Below the pieces are notes generated by a model. The model saw only the letters and a list, made by a program, of their open reading frames with translations. It was not told the origin of the DNA and did not search any database. From a virus (taxonomy: Duplodnaviria > Caudoviricetes), in the IMG/VR virus record IMGVR_UViG_3300028591_000004, positions 1-64,000 of that record: a stretch of DNA of 64,000 bases; one strand, written 5' to 3'. Below are positions 36,175-46,338 of this stretch, piece by piece (the first letter of the stretch is position 1; every line of letters starts with the position of its first letter). The position numbers and the translations under genes are program-made.

Positions 36175-37812
36175 TTAGAAATTACTGACAACACCGATAC
36201 ACGGAGTTCCGTGCCGGTGTTGTTTGATGTTGATTTTTTCGAGCTCACTGATGTAGTCGTTTCCCATAGCGAGAGCAGAATAACGGTCTTTATGCATTCC
36301 GGATCTGGGAACGTCGTAAAGGACATTGCCGCTTGATCCGACCTTTGCAACAACGTTATTCATTTCTATTTGAAGAGCGTCTGTTTCCAGAAAGTTCGCA
36401 AGCTCTTCCTTGGACATTCTTTTCCCTTCGGGTAATTCGTATTGTTTGTCTTTAACAAGGCGGTAAGAGTTAGGCAGTTCGAGTGTCTGTTTCTCGAGGG
36501 CAACTCTTAAGTTTGTGTAAATCCTTTGGTTCAAAGTATTTACAGCCCTGAAAGGATGAAGAGCCTGTATCGCGTCTGGATTGGAGAGTTCTTCGTCATC
36601 TACAACTAAAGGAGGATATTCTCTTCCGGATTCGTGATCTATCCATTCTTTGTCAAAGAACCTGTCGAAACTGTCGCCGATTCCTCTCGCGTCGTATACG
36701 ATTTTCTCTGTGTTGGGAAACTTTACATGAAAATATCGCCGAACTTCTTCGGCGAGATAATCCAGAGGCTTACCTTTATAAGACCTGATGTGAACAACCT
36801 TCTTTGCAAAAGATCCGTCTTTCTTTTCAGTGAATTTGTGGATCATAAGAATGCTGTTGTCTGCACTCTTTGCTTTGGAGGTTGCAATGTCCAGAGAAAT
36901 AATGTATCTGGATTTAGAGCCTTTAGGCTGGTCCATTTCGATAGCGTCTAAAGTACGGCAGCTCTGAACTAAATCGATGGGGAACGCAGAGTTCTCCGAA
37001 CCGCCTAAGAATTTGGATTCGTATTCCATTGCGAAGGTAGTTTCGGGATTGGCTCTCTGTTCCTCTTCGTAATACTTTGGTTTTGTAAGTCCTTCCGCGA
37101 TGGGTGTTTTGTAATGTAGAACACACGCAAAGTAAGACTTATCGCCTTTGGCCCGTTCCTGAACAATACGTTCGAATTCTTTGTAGAACGCATAGTTCTT
37201 AGGACAGGCAGAAGTAATATAAATTAATTTAGAGTCGAAATCTTCAAACCCGTAGGTTCTTGCGTTGTATCTCGTTTCGTTTCTGGTAGGGTTGACGACA
37301 GCCCTTAAGATGTCCATATCGACATCCCGGGCTTCATCGACAATAACCATCTTTGCACGTCTCGAGCGAGCACGGGCCATAGGAACTGAAGAGATAATGC
37401 TTCCGTTCTTTAATGTAACTGTTGATTCGTCCTTGCTGATAGACACATATGTTTTTGCGTTAGTAGGTTTGATCTCGTTCCTGAAGTTTTCGTTTTCGTT
37501 CGCGAGATCCCTTATCTTTTCCGCAATACGTGTAGCCTGGTCGGCTGTAGGAGCAACAACTAATACACTTGTTCCCGGATAAAGACATCCTAAGGAATGA
37601 GCGATAAACGCAGTCAGCCACGTTTTACCGTATCCACGTGGCGCAACAACAGCAGAGGTTGTTGCGTTCCCGACTTCTCTTGCAATGACGTGTTGTATGG
37701 GTGTTAATTTCACAGGCTTATAAGCCTGTTCAATATACATGTCCATATGTGTGCGGTAATAAATAACCTGTTTTTCTACCGCTTTCCAGTTTGTTATAAC
37801 TCCGGGTTTCAC
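36175..37812 (-). CDS. terL: Terminase large subunit
   Basis: Walker A APRGYGKT, Walker B VIVDEA, YITSA, nuclease ISLDIA and HKDRYSA. Confidence 0.9.
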   Translation of the reverse strand: MKPGVITNWKAVEKQVIYYRTHMDMYIEQAYKPVKLTPIQHVIAREVGNATTSAVVAPRGYGKTWLTAFIAHSLGCLYPGTSVLVVAPTADQATRIAEKIRDLANENENFRNEIKPTNAKTYVSISKDESTVTLKNGSIISSVPMARARSRRAKMVIVDEARDVDMDILRAVVNPTRNETRYNARTYGFEDFDSKLIYITSACPKNYAFYKEFERIVQERAKGDKSYFACVLHYKTPIAEGLTKPKYYEEEQRANPETTFAMEYESKFLGGSENSAFPIDLVQSCRTLDAIEMDQPKGSKSRYIISLDIATSKAKSADNSILMIHKFTEKKDGSFAKKVVHIRSYKGKPLDYLAEEVRRYFHVKFPNTEKIVYDARGIGDSFDRFFDKEWIDHESGREYPPLVVDDEELSNPDAIQALHPFRAVNTLNQRIYTNLRVALEKQTLELPNSYRLVKDKQYELPEGKRMSKEELANFLETDALQIEMNNVVAKVGSSGNVLYDVPRSGMHKDRYSALAMGNDYISELEKINIKQHRHGTPCIGVVSNF

Positions 37813-38729
37813 GAAACATCACCCGCTTCGTCTTCCCGCATGGACTCTATAATGTAGGACAGCCCGTCTATCGCAACGTCGACAACATCCTTGGGCCATT
37901 CTATCTTTTCGATACATGGATATCCATGCGTTTCCAGATAAGCCGTTGTCTCAGCCCAACTGTTGATTCCACCCTTATCTCCTGGTTTGCGTTTGTTTGC
38001 GGCAAAGTTCCCCATACTTGCAAGAAGGTTGTAGGAGTTAACAGCGTTATTTAAATCCTGAATTTGACATCTTCCGGCAAGATAATCGTTCTGCATCTTG
38101 TCCACCGTCAAAGCAGCTTTTGCAAGTTTCTTTGCGTTGTCCCTTAACGAGACGTCCGCAAGGTCAAAGTCAGAATCCAATTCGTCGTAAAAGTTCTGGA
38201 GGTACTCCAGTTCGGAAGGTTTGAAGTCTCCGTTGAAAAAAGCATTGTACGTTTTAACGTTAGCATCTTTCTTCTTCGGTTCGTTGTCTACGACCTGTCC
38301 TGCTTCTTTCGACTCTTCGTATGTGTTGACGTTGATGTTTTGAGAATTATCGACATATTCGTAGTTAATCTGCATAACAGCAGGAACCTGTTCACAGGTC
38401 ATCTTTTCCAGAAATGATTCGCGCATATCTTCGGAAAGCTTCATGAATTTTGTGTTTTGAACAGCAACTCTTTCTGCTTTCTTTTTCGCGTTCTCCCAGA
38501 TCTTCTCATTCCACTTTCTGTCGTTCTCGAAAAAGTATTGTCTCATTTCATCCTTTGTCTGGATGGAGGCAACACACTTCTTGCACCACACATCTTTGCC
38601 TGCCTGTGCAAGCCAGTCCCGGTTAGAGTAAAACTCTGAGAGGTTCCGGATTTGATTGCAATGAAGGCAAATCTTTGTTACAGGAGGCTTCTTAGCTGTT
38701 TTACGAGGTTTGGATAATACAGTGCTCAT
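37809..38729 (-). CDS. Terminase-associated protein (small-subunit candidate) with zinc finger
   Basis: CLHC...WCKKC; overlaps terL start. Confidence 0.55.
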   Translation of the reverse strand: MSTVLSKPRKTAKKPPVTKICLHCNQIRNLSEFYSNRDWLAQAGKDVWCKKCVASIQTKDEMRQYFFENDRKWNEKIWENAKKKAERVAVQNTKFMKLSEDMRESFLEKMTCEQVPAVMQINYEYVDNSQNINVNTYEESKEAGQVVDNEPKKKDANVKTYNAFFNGDFKPSELEYLQNFYDELDSDFDLADVSLRDNAKKLAKAALTVDKMQNDYLAGRCQIQDLNNAVNSYNLLASMGNFAANKRKPGDKGGINSWAETTAYLETHGYPCIEKIEWPKDVVDVAIDGLSYIIESMREDEAGDVS

Positions 38730-39064
38730 TCTGTATCATCCTCAATCTGCTCCTCTTTGATCGTAAGCTCCTCGTTGAGAGTCCCGTCCTTGTTCACAAA
38801 AGAAATCTGTTCAACCTTCTTCTTGGGATCGTAAGTAGCCCGGGATTTCAGATTGCGTTTATTGCGAAGATAGAAATCCGCTAAAGCGATAAACAGATCA
38901 GCCGTCTTTGTGTACTTGTATACGGGGATTTGATACTCTCCTTCTTTTTTCCGAATCGTGTAATAGATTCCACGCTCCGCAAGAAAATCAACCTCGTCAC
39001 GCCATTCGGTTCGATACTCGATGTCGAATGCTGTTTTAGGAATACCATTCTTTTCTGTTTTCAT
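38726..39064 (-). CDS. Hypothetical protein, first gene of the late operon
   Basis: 112 aa, RBS AAGGAG. Confidence 0.65.
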   Translation of the reverse strand: MKTEKNGIPKTAFDIEYRTEWRDEVDFLAERGIYYTIRKKEGEYQIPVYKYTKTADLFIALADFYLRNKRNLKSRATYDPKKKVEQISFVNKDGTLNEELTIKEEQIEDDTE

Positions 39065-39170
39065 ATTGACTCTCCTTATCGTATATCTGCCCGACAGGGC
39101 AAAAACAAAATAAAAATACGGAGCATGTACTTTTTATGCAATTCAGGCATGCAAAGGACATGCACTTTTA

Positions 39171-39200
39171 CTCCATTATGCGGTGTTTCGAAACAAGAGG
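39171..39200 (-). promoter_or_regulatory. Phage-specific promoter-like motif, copy 2 (heads the morphogenesis operon)
   Basis: Minus strand CCTCTTGTTTCGAAACACCGCATAATGGAG, about 107 nt upstream of the 39064 start. Confidence 0.6.
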
Positions 39201-39598
39201 TCGCGAAACTAAAAGAAAACACCTAAGAAGAATTTAGAATGAATATAAGTTGTTTATAAAAGCTTTCAATTTTTTGGACGGAGGTTTCAAAAAGAGAAAA
39301 ACGATTCAACGTAAAGACACAAAAAGGCCCCCCAAAATCCTATACAAGTTATAGGAAAATGGGGGGTTTTGAATCGGCTTGAAAATAGAGATGAAAATGG
39401 AGAAAAGCGGGAATAAAGGCAAATGTGGAGATGGAGATGAAAATGGAGAAAAGTGTTGGAATGGAACAAAACACATAAATGAAGAAATCTGCAAAAGGAT
39501 TTCAACGTAAAGTTGGCATTTGAAAAGGACACCCTCATTAGAGGATGTCCCTTCCAGGTGCCAAGCCTGGACCGCGCAAGCGGAGAAAGGAGTGTCCC

Positions 39599-39748
39599 AT
39601 GAGTGAGCTCAACTCAGAGCAATTTGTCTGGCTAATGACGCTAACCCCGTCTGAACGCCGACAGATAGCTCGAAAGCTTGAGACTGGCAAGTGGAAGCTC
39701 GTTTGGAATGACGAGAGTCATACCTTCGAGCTAATCCCTGTCCAGTAA
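39599..39748 (+). CDS. Small hypothetical protein (49 aa)
   Basis: RBS AGAAAGGAG, MSELNSEQFVW...; followed by terminator hairpin at about 39755-39790. Confidence 0.6.
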   Translation: MSELNSEQFVWLMTLTPSERRQIARKLETGKWKLVWNDESHTFELIPVQ

Positions 39749-39932
39749 CTCGAGGGAGGCTGGCGTCTCGAGCGCCAGCCTTCTCCTTTTCTTGATTGTA
39801 ACATCTCGAAAGAGATGCTGTCAATCGGGTCGGTAACGGACGTTAAGCGTTACCAGTCGCAAACTCATCCGACTACACAAAGCAAGGTACGTCCTGCTGA
39901 GAGATGAGCTGGTTTCAGGAGGTACTCAAGAA

Positions 39933-40118
39933 ATGTTTAAGGCTCCGTACACCGTGTTTCTGTCTGGACTGGACAATCCGTACGACTATCTCAGAGTTAA
40001 CAGCCTTGACAAAGCTGCTGATCTCTGGGCTGGATTCCCTCTTCGTGATGTTGTCGTTCTTGACGACAACGCGAAGAAAATTCCCGTCAGCTTGCTCCGT
40101 AGCATCGCCGGAGCATGA
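39933..40118 (+). CDS. Small hypothetical protein
   Basis: RBS AGGAGG; 61 aa. Confidence 0.65.
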   Translation: MFKAPYTVFLSGLDNPYDYLRVNSLDKAADLWAGFPLRDVVVLDDNAKKIPVSLLRSIAGA

Positions 40119-40133
40119 AAGGGGTGCAAGCGA

Positions 40134-40310
40134 ATGAGTTTTGAATGCGCTTCGATCTTGGTGATGATCGCATACCCGATAGTGGTGTTACTCGTGTTCT
40201 TTGGAATCCCCTGGTACTTCCGGCAAATGAAAGAGTGGAACGACCGCCATCGCTCCACTCGGTTCAAGAGCCCCAGAAGGAACAACCGGTTTAAGCATCA
40301 CAGGCGTTAA
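40134..40310 (+). CDS. Small membrane protein (58 aa)
   Basis: MSFECASILVMIAYPIVVLLVFFGIPWY plus basic tail; followed by terminator at about 40317-40352. Confidence 0.55.
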   Translation: MSFECASILVMIAYPIVVLLVFFGIPWYFRQMKEWNDRHRSTRFKSPRRNNRFKHHRR

Positions 40311-40389
40311 CCCTCAGGAGCATCGTCATTATAACAGACGGTGCTCCTTTTGTCTACAAAATAAAAAATGACTAACAAGGAGGTACAAC

Positions 40390-40716
40390 ATGTTCTTTTC
40401 TTATATCTTTAATAAACCTACTTCTAACCAGAAGAAGGTTTTTGAAGCAGTTTCTCCTATCATAGAAAGAGTTTTCCCTAAAGCTACTTCATTTGTCTCA
40501 TGTCAGCACAACGAAGTTATCTTCACTTGCGGATACACTGAACAAGTTTCACCTTGCGAACAGAAATGCTATCCACCAGAAGAGAACAAACTTGATCAGC
40601 TTGCTGATTACCTGAATAAACTCTCTTACTCTCAGAATAGCAAGATAAAGTTTCAAGTCTGGTGCGAAGACATCGGAGGCGCAATCCCTATGGGTATAGT
40701 AGCTTCTTGGGATTAA
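40390..40716 (+). CDS. Hypothetical protein
   Basis: RBS AAGGAGG; 108 aa. Confidence 0.65.
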   Translation: MFFSYIFNKPTSNQKKVFEAVSPIIERVFPKATSFVSCQHNEVIFTCGYTEQVSPCEQKCYPPEENKLDQLADYLNKLSYSQNSKIKFQVWCEDIGGAIPMGIVASWD

Positions 40717-40865
40717 TCCTTCTCCCGGCTAAGCATCCGGGTTAACAACTGCTTAATTCGAAAAGAGCACCCAGCCGCAAACTGGATGCTCTTTTCGGGT
40801 TTTACCCGAACTGGAGTGCCTCCGGTATCAACGCAGTTGCAGCTGCGAAGAGAGGAGGGGTATCC

Positions 40866-40973
40866 ATGCCGGATATCCGCCGGATGGGCGACGATTATGT
40901 TGTCGTCCTGAGGGGGAAGATCGTTAGATTCGAGTCCTACGATGCTGCGTACGCCGCGTGGGAGGAGGACTAG
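40866..40973 (+). CDS. Small hypothetical protein (35 aa)
   Basis: RBS GAGGAGG; MPDIRRMGDDYVVVLRG... Confidence 0.45.
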   Translation: MPDIRRMGDDYVVVLRGKIVRFESYDAAYAAWEED

Positions 40974-41211
40974 CGTCTTCACCATTCACTGTTATTTTAC
41001 CATAGGCACATGGTAAATACAAGCGTTTTCTATCGCTTTGAAATAGACCCTTGCCGTGGGAAGCGGCCTTTGCGGAAGCACTCCTGCCGCATCGTATCAG
41101 TCAGGGTTGACTACCCCGATTAGGGGCATCGCCTCGTCAGCCGTCAGTTCCACGAAACGGAACATTGCTCAAATATTTTGCTCAGCGGGAAACCGCAGAA
41201 AGGAAGGTACC

Positions 41212-43635
41212 ATGAATACTATCACTAAGATCAATCTCTTTGAGAACACCACTGAAGAAATTGCAGTATTCTCTTCCCAGTTCACCCGTAAGCTGGAGTC
41301 CATGGGTGTTGATGTGTCCAAAGCTATCGTCAAAGTCAATGCCAACACTCCCAAGGGAAAGAAGGACGAGACGGAAGAAGCCGAAGCCAAGGTTCGTGCT
41401 CTTCTGACCACCATGTGCAGTCAGGGTTATGTCCTGAACGGTGTTGCTTATCGTCCTTTCCTCGCCGGTGCTTCCGATGCTCGCAAGGCCACTTCCACCT
41501 GGATCGACGAGAAGATCCAGGCTGAACTCGGTCGTTGGTGCCTTTGCGGACTTCAGACCAAGGATATGACCATGGCTATCAACAAGTACATGGCATATCT
41601 GGGTCTGCTGACTTCTGCCAGCAAGCCTTTCGTCGAAGTTTTTGGCCGCACGGTTGATATCCGTCGTGTCGCGGTCGTTGCTGATCACGAGATCACCGTC
41701 AACGCCAAGGTTGACCTCGTGTCCATGTACAAAGTACAGAAGAACACTAATCGTTCTTTGGCGATCTGCACTTTCGACGGATTCGGTATCATTCGGGACA
41801 CTCTGACCGATGGCGAATCCGTTACGATTCGTGGTCCGTGGCTCAAGGCTTTCGTGCAGGCCACCAACTGGAGCGAAGTCGCTGCTTACAGCTTCTCCAA
41901 TGGCGGCGATGCCACGTTCAAGGACATCTTCGGCAACACCGTCAAGATGAAGGATGTTGACGTTATCCTGACGGCTTCCTGCTTCAAGGCTGCGAAGCTG
42001 TACAAGTCCTGGAAGCAGTATCAGGATGCGTTCGAAGCGTTCGGTCACGAGATCTGCGTTTGCGTTCGTGAACACGCTCCCAGCCTGAAGGGACTTCCTT
42101 ATCAGCAGGGTCAGACTCTGCTGGGCGATCAGGACGACGCTCTGAGCTTCATGATGCACGCCAAGAAGACCGTGTACAAGTATCATGACGCTTACGAAGC
42201 TGCGAGCCTTCTCCGCAAGGAGCATAGACTTGCTGCTCGGATGTATCCTGCTCTTCTGAACGAGAAGTTCACCGCAAAGAGCATTCAGGAGAAGTACGAG
42301 AGCAAGCGGAACGAGATGCTCGGTGGAAGGATTCCTGAAATGGGATACAACGCCTTCCTCGCTCCTGATATGACGGCGTTTGTGCAGCATCTCTTCAACA
42401 TGCCTGTAACAGGCTCCCTGAAGGCTGGAGAATGCTCCTGCGTCTCTTTCGAACAGGGTCCTGTGGACGTTACCCGGAATCCGCATCTGGACAACGCTCA
42501 TTGCATTCTGAACAATGTGAAGAACATGCCGTTCGCCACTCGCAAGAGCCCGACCATGTTCATCAACGTTCTGGATACGACCACCATCCAGCTTCGCGCT
42601 GACTATGATGGAGATCATATCCTTGCTTCTCAGGATGCGAAGCTCCTGTCCCTGGTCAACAAGACCTATGACGAGCTGAAGAACATTCCCTATGACTGGG
42701 ATGCTCCCTCTGCTCCGAAGGCTCCTGTGACCAAGTCCGCGATCTGCAGCTTCATCACGAATCTGCTTCACGGTTCTGAGATCGGCATTTATGCTGACAC
42801 TCTGACCAAGATGTGGAATAGTGAGTACAGCGCTGACACCTGCGGCTGGCTGACTTATGCAGGCAACGTGCTGATTGACTCTGCGAAGCATGGCTCCGTG
42901 AAGATCAAGAAGCCAGATGACGTGAAAGCTCTGTCCGCTGTTCCGCTGCCTGAGTTCTGCCGCTATGCCAAGGCCGACTCCGAGACTCCTGCGAACTCTT
43001 CCTACTGGGATGAGATTCGGGAGTACACCGGCACTCCTCGGTGCGAGTACTCCGGGTCTTTCCTGGATATGTACAGCCGCGCCATCAAGGAGAACGTTCC
43101 AGAAACCTTGACGATTGACGGCCTTGATGACGAGATCTTCGACCCCGCCGAGTTGATGATCAATCCTCATCGCAAGCTGATCCCCGGACTGACCCGTAGG
43201 GGAGTCTACAACAAGGAGACGAACACCTACGAGAACTGCGGCATCTTCCAGACTGTTGCGTTCCGTCATGCAGACGAATGGAACAAGCTGATTGCCGGCG
43301 AAGACATGTCTCATCGTGACGAGTGGGAGAAGTCCCGTCGCGAGATCGCTCTGAACGAGTTCATTACCTACTGCCGGGATCTGTATGCCGGTATGGGTAT
43401 CGACATCTCCAGCAAGAGCGACGACTGCATCCTGGACGCTGTCTACGATGCGGTTATTCGCGGCATCTTCAACGTCAAAATGACCGATGGCATGATGACT
43501 GCCGTTATGCAGTGCTTCTGGCTCTGCTTCGGCGATCGTGTTATCAAGACCCTTCAGTCCAAGAATCATCGCCTGAGTGACGACGACCTCGTCTTCGACG
43601 ATGACGATGAACTGTTCGACGACTCCGATTGCTAA
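41212..43635 (+). CDS. Single-subunit YonO/cellular-RdRP-like DNA-dependent RNA polymerase (807 aa)
   Basis: ATG 41212 after AAGGAAGG; TFDGFGII, TIRGPWLKAF, TRNPHL, catalytic ADYDGD (42601-42615), LIDSAKHG. Confidence 0.85.
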   Translation: MNTITKINLFENTTEEIAVFSSQFTRKLESMGVDVSKAIVKVNANTPKGKKDETEEAEAKVRALLTTMCSQGYVLNGVAYRPFLAGASDARKATSTWIDEKIQAELGRWCLCGLQTKDMTMAINKYMAYLGLLTSASKPFVEVFGRTVDIRRVAVVADHEITVNAKVDLVSMYKVQKNTNRSLAICTFDGFGIIRDTLTDGESVTIRGPWLKAFVQATNWSEVAAYSFSNGGDATFKDIFGNTVKMKDVDVILTASCFKAAKLYKSWKQYQDAFEAFGHEICVCVREHAPSLKGLPYQQGQTLLGDQDDALSFMMHAKKTVYKYHDAYEAASLLRKEHRLAARMYPALLNEKFTAKSIQEKYESKRNEMLGGRIPEMGYNAFLAPDMTAFVQHLFNMPVTGSLKAGECSCVSFEQGPVDVTRNPHLDNAHCILNNVKNMPFATRKSPTMFINVLDTTTIQLRADYDGDHILASQDAKLLSLVNKTYDELKNIPYDWDAPSAPKAPVTKSAICSFITNLLHGSEIGIYADTLTKMWNSEYSADTCGWLTYAGNVLIDSAKHGSVKIKKPDDVKALSAVPLPEFCRYAKADSETPANSSYWDEIREYTGTPRCEYSGSFLDMYSRAIKENVPETLTIDGLDDEIFDPAELMINPHRKLIPGLTRRGVYNKETNTYENCGIFQTVAFRHADEWNKLIAGEDMSHRDEWEKSRREIALNEFITYCRDLYAGMGIDISSKSDDCILDAVYDAVIRGIFNVKMTDGMMTAVMQCFWLCFGDRVIKTLQSKNHRLSDDDLVFDDDDELFDDSDC

Positions 43636-43736
43636 TCGACCGTCCTGAGCAAGACGTTAAACTGCTCAGATTCAACAGAGCTTCTGCGTGTCGGGAGCTC
43701 TTTTGAGTCTATACTCAAAAAAAAGGAGGATGACGC

Positions 43737-44027
43737 ATGGCTTTGTCTTACACTGGATTATTGTTCAAACGGATTCTGATCTCGACCGGATACACACACG
43801 GGCAAAAGAGAAGAACCGACTCTGTCCACATCATGGTCAAATGGGGCTATCCGCTTGGATCGCAGAGCACCGAGTTCGATAACGCCTTGAAGTGGCTGGA
43901 CGACAATGGGTGGATCTCTGTCAAATGGAATACCAAAGTCAAGGTATCCCGCAACACAAGCGGGATGACTGACTTCATTACCGTCACGGAGAAAGGGTAT
44001 TCTGTTGCAGCCAAATATCTTCGTTAA
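43737..44027 (+). CDS. Hypothetical protein, possibly winged-helix
   Basis: RBS AGGAGG; ALKWLDDNGWI...ITVTEKG. Confidence 0.6.
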   Translation: MALSYTGLLFKRILISTGYTHGQKRRTDSVHIMVKWGYPLGSQSTEFDNALKWLDDNGWISVKWNTKVKVSRNTSGMTDFITVTEKGYSVAAKYLR

Positions 44028-44262
44028 ATGTTCATACACGGGAGCCCTACAGGGGCTCTCGTAATGAGCACTTAACAACATTTCAGGCCGCAAGGCCTTT
44101 TTTATATATAAGGTGAGCCATAGAGGTGAGCCATGCATTCGCCCGGTGATTGGTCATCTACTTACCAGTCCCATCTAAAACGGCCAAGGCCTGCTTGATA
44201 GGGTGAGGAGTTTGCATGCTCCTCGAATAAACCAAGCTTGTATAGCTAAGAAGGAGGAACTC

Positions 44263-44550
44263 ATGAAAAAGTTCATCGTTGTGACACTGTCGATCCTGCT
44301 CTTCGCGTCGTTTGCCTCTGCTGACGCATACCCAGCGGCGGGAGTCGTCGTTGGTTTCGAACCCGAATCGGACATCGTACTCGTCGAAGAATCCAACGGC
44401 ACAATCTGGGCCTTCGAGGGAATCGAAGACTGGCAGTTGGGAGACCTCGCCGCGCTGCTAATGGACGACTCCGGGACCGAACTCATTTTCGACGACCAAA
44501 TCGTACTGGCCCACTACACAGGTTTCTCAATCCCAAACAATCCACGTTAA
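44263..44550 (+). CDS. Secreted small protein with signal peptide
   Basis: MKKFIVVTLSILLFASFASA; RBS AAGGAGG. Confidence 0.65.
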   Translation: MKKFIVVTLSILLFASFASADAYPAAGVVVGFEPESDIVLVEESNGTIWAFEGIEDWQLGDLAALLMDDSGTELIFDDQIVLAHYTGFSIPNNPR

Positions 44551-44632
44551 CCCAACTCTTAAGTCCCCTCGGCGCAAGCGCCGATCGATAAGGTGAGAAA
44601 TAGGGCAAACCGCCCACGAAAGGAGAAAACCC

Positions 44633-44884
44633 ATGAAATACAACACTATCAACGACATCGAAAACTATCGCTCCATCATCCGCAGCAACGAGGACCGCGT
44701 ACAGGCGATCGCCCGTCGTGCCTCTGCTCTCCTTAATCAGGCTAAGTATATGTCCCTGATTGAATTGGAAAATGCTTCCAGTGAAATTGCCGAGCTTCGC
44801 AAGGAGAAAGCAGAACTGGACAAGCGTACCCGTGAAGCCAAGTTGGCCATTGCGAAATTCTATGCTCCTGCGAGTATTGCCTAA
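44633..44884 (+). CDS. Small coiled-coil protein
   Basis: RBS AAGGAG; 83 aa. Confidence 0.65.
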   Translation: MKYNTINDIENYRSIIRSNEDRVQAIARRASALLNQAKYMSLIELENASSEIAELRKEKAELDKRTREAKLAIAKFYAPASIA

Positions 44885-45218
44885 GATTGTACCTGTCCCG
44901 GCTACTGCTGTGCGCTGGCCGGGGCAGCTGTTCTATTCAGAAAGCCCTTAGCCGTAGAGTCCTCCTCCTGCTCTGCGGCTTTTTGAATAGAGCAGAAATG
45001 CTCTCTTGGGTACACTCCTTTCTTTTGGCCGAGCCTGAGATGTCGCCTTGAGCAAGCGATTGCATGGGCTCGGTTTCCTTCTCTGACTATAAACCTTGAC
45101 GCGGTGAGAAGGCTCACTCTTTAACAGAGTGCCAATTATAGTCAAAAAATTCGATCCGGATTAAAAGTTACAGAGATGGCTCATCCGGATCTTCAAAAGA
45201 AAAAATTGGAGGTGTCCC

Positions 45219-45704
45219 ATGCGTCACGTAATTACCATCTACACAGATGGAGCCTGCAAAGGCAATCCCGGCCCCGGAGGATGGGGCGCTATCCTTGTTT
45301 GCAACGGTCATGAAAAAATTCTTCGGGGCGGTGCTGTGCACACGACCAACAACAGAATGGAACTGACCGCAGTGCTCGAAGCTATTAAGGCTCTTACTGC
45401 TCCTTGCGACGTTACCATCGTTTCCGACTCCAAGTACGTCATCATGTCCCGTGACAAGTGGCTTAAGTGGCAGAACAAAAGCCACGTTCCGAATTGGGAC
45501 CTGTGGCAGGAGCTTGTTGAAACAGGAAAAGCCAAAGGTCACATTTTCCACTACCAGCATGTAAACGGTCACAGCGGACACGTTATGAACGAACGCTGTG
45601 ACAGAATCGCAAGCGAACAGGCTTGCAAATGGTCCCATAAAGCCGCTGGAACAAATACGCTTACGATCAATGAAGCGTTAGCTATTTTGGAAGAGAGGAA
45701 ATAA
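45219..45704 (+). CDS. rnhA: Ribonuclease HI
   Basis: YTDGACKGNPGPGGWG, TTNNRMEL, SDSKYV, NWDLW, HVNGHSG..NERCD. Confidence 0.93.
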   Translation: MRHVITIYTDGACKGNPGPGGWGAILVCNGHEKILRGGAVHTTNNRMELTAVLEAIKALTAPCDVTIVSDSKYVIMSRDKWLKWQNKSHVPNWDLWQELVETGKAKGHIFHYQHVNGHSGHVMNERCDRIASEQACKWSHKAAGTNTLTINEALAILEERK

Positions 45705-45861
45705 TCATGGGAACAATTTCTAAAAATGGCAAACTGTACGGTCTTATGCCAGACGGATCCTGGAAATGGTTCTTAAACGAAAAGCAATACGAAGATGAAT
45801 ATTACGATACGGTGTTTGAGTTAAATAATTGCTTTTTCACAGAATCTCCGGAGGATTACGC

Positions 45862-46149
45862 ATGGTAGAGAATCTTATTTACATTGGTTTAACTCTGGTT
45901 TTGGTTATTGCGTCTTTCCTGTTTGGCTTAAATCTAAGTGACAAATATCACACTAAGGCAGAACAGGATAAGAAATACGCACTCGAAAAGCAATATGCGC
46001 GATTAATGGCTGGCTGTGACGCAGACGATCCGGTCCAGCCTTACGTCGCACACCCGGACAACCGTTTCTCCGTCCCTTCAGAGTTTATCGACCGCCTCGA
46101 AACAAATAAGTCCGCAACGTTACAAATCGACAAAACCAAAGCAATCTAA
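45862..46149 (+). CDS. Membrane-anchored hypothetical protein
   Basis: N-terminal hydrophobic helix; RBS GGAGG. Confidence 0.6.
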   Translation: MVENLIYIGLTLVLVIASFLFGLNLSDKYHTKAEQDKKYALEKQYARLMAGCDADDPVQPYVAHPDNRFSVPSEFIDRLETNKSATLQIDKTKAI

Positions 46150-46338
46150 AAGCACCGGCGCAAGCGCCTGCTGGATAAGGTGAGAATAAATACAAATTAA
46201 CTATTCTCAAGAGCAGAATCCCACGCTCGATAAACGGGGTCGCTGACAAAATCAGGGCAGACCGGGCTAAGGCCGACCGATGGGATCTCCGGAACCTATA
46301 ACTATCCAAAAACAAATTAAGAGAAGGAGACTACAAAA

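Noticed and set aside
36175-37812. Intein or intron in terminase
   Set aside because: Normal length and contiguous motifs
41182-43569. 795-aa antisense ORF over the RNAP gene
   Set aside because: Shadow ORF caused by the strong codon bias of the sense gene; no recognisable motifs
43641-43669. Pistol ribozyme
   Set aside because: Only the pseudoknot core is similar; P2/P3 and the cleavage-site strand are not evident
44560-44632. c-di-GMP riboswitch (GGCAAACC...GAAAG)
   Set aside because: Second stem and tetraloop receptor not found; better explained by the hairpin motif plus RBS
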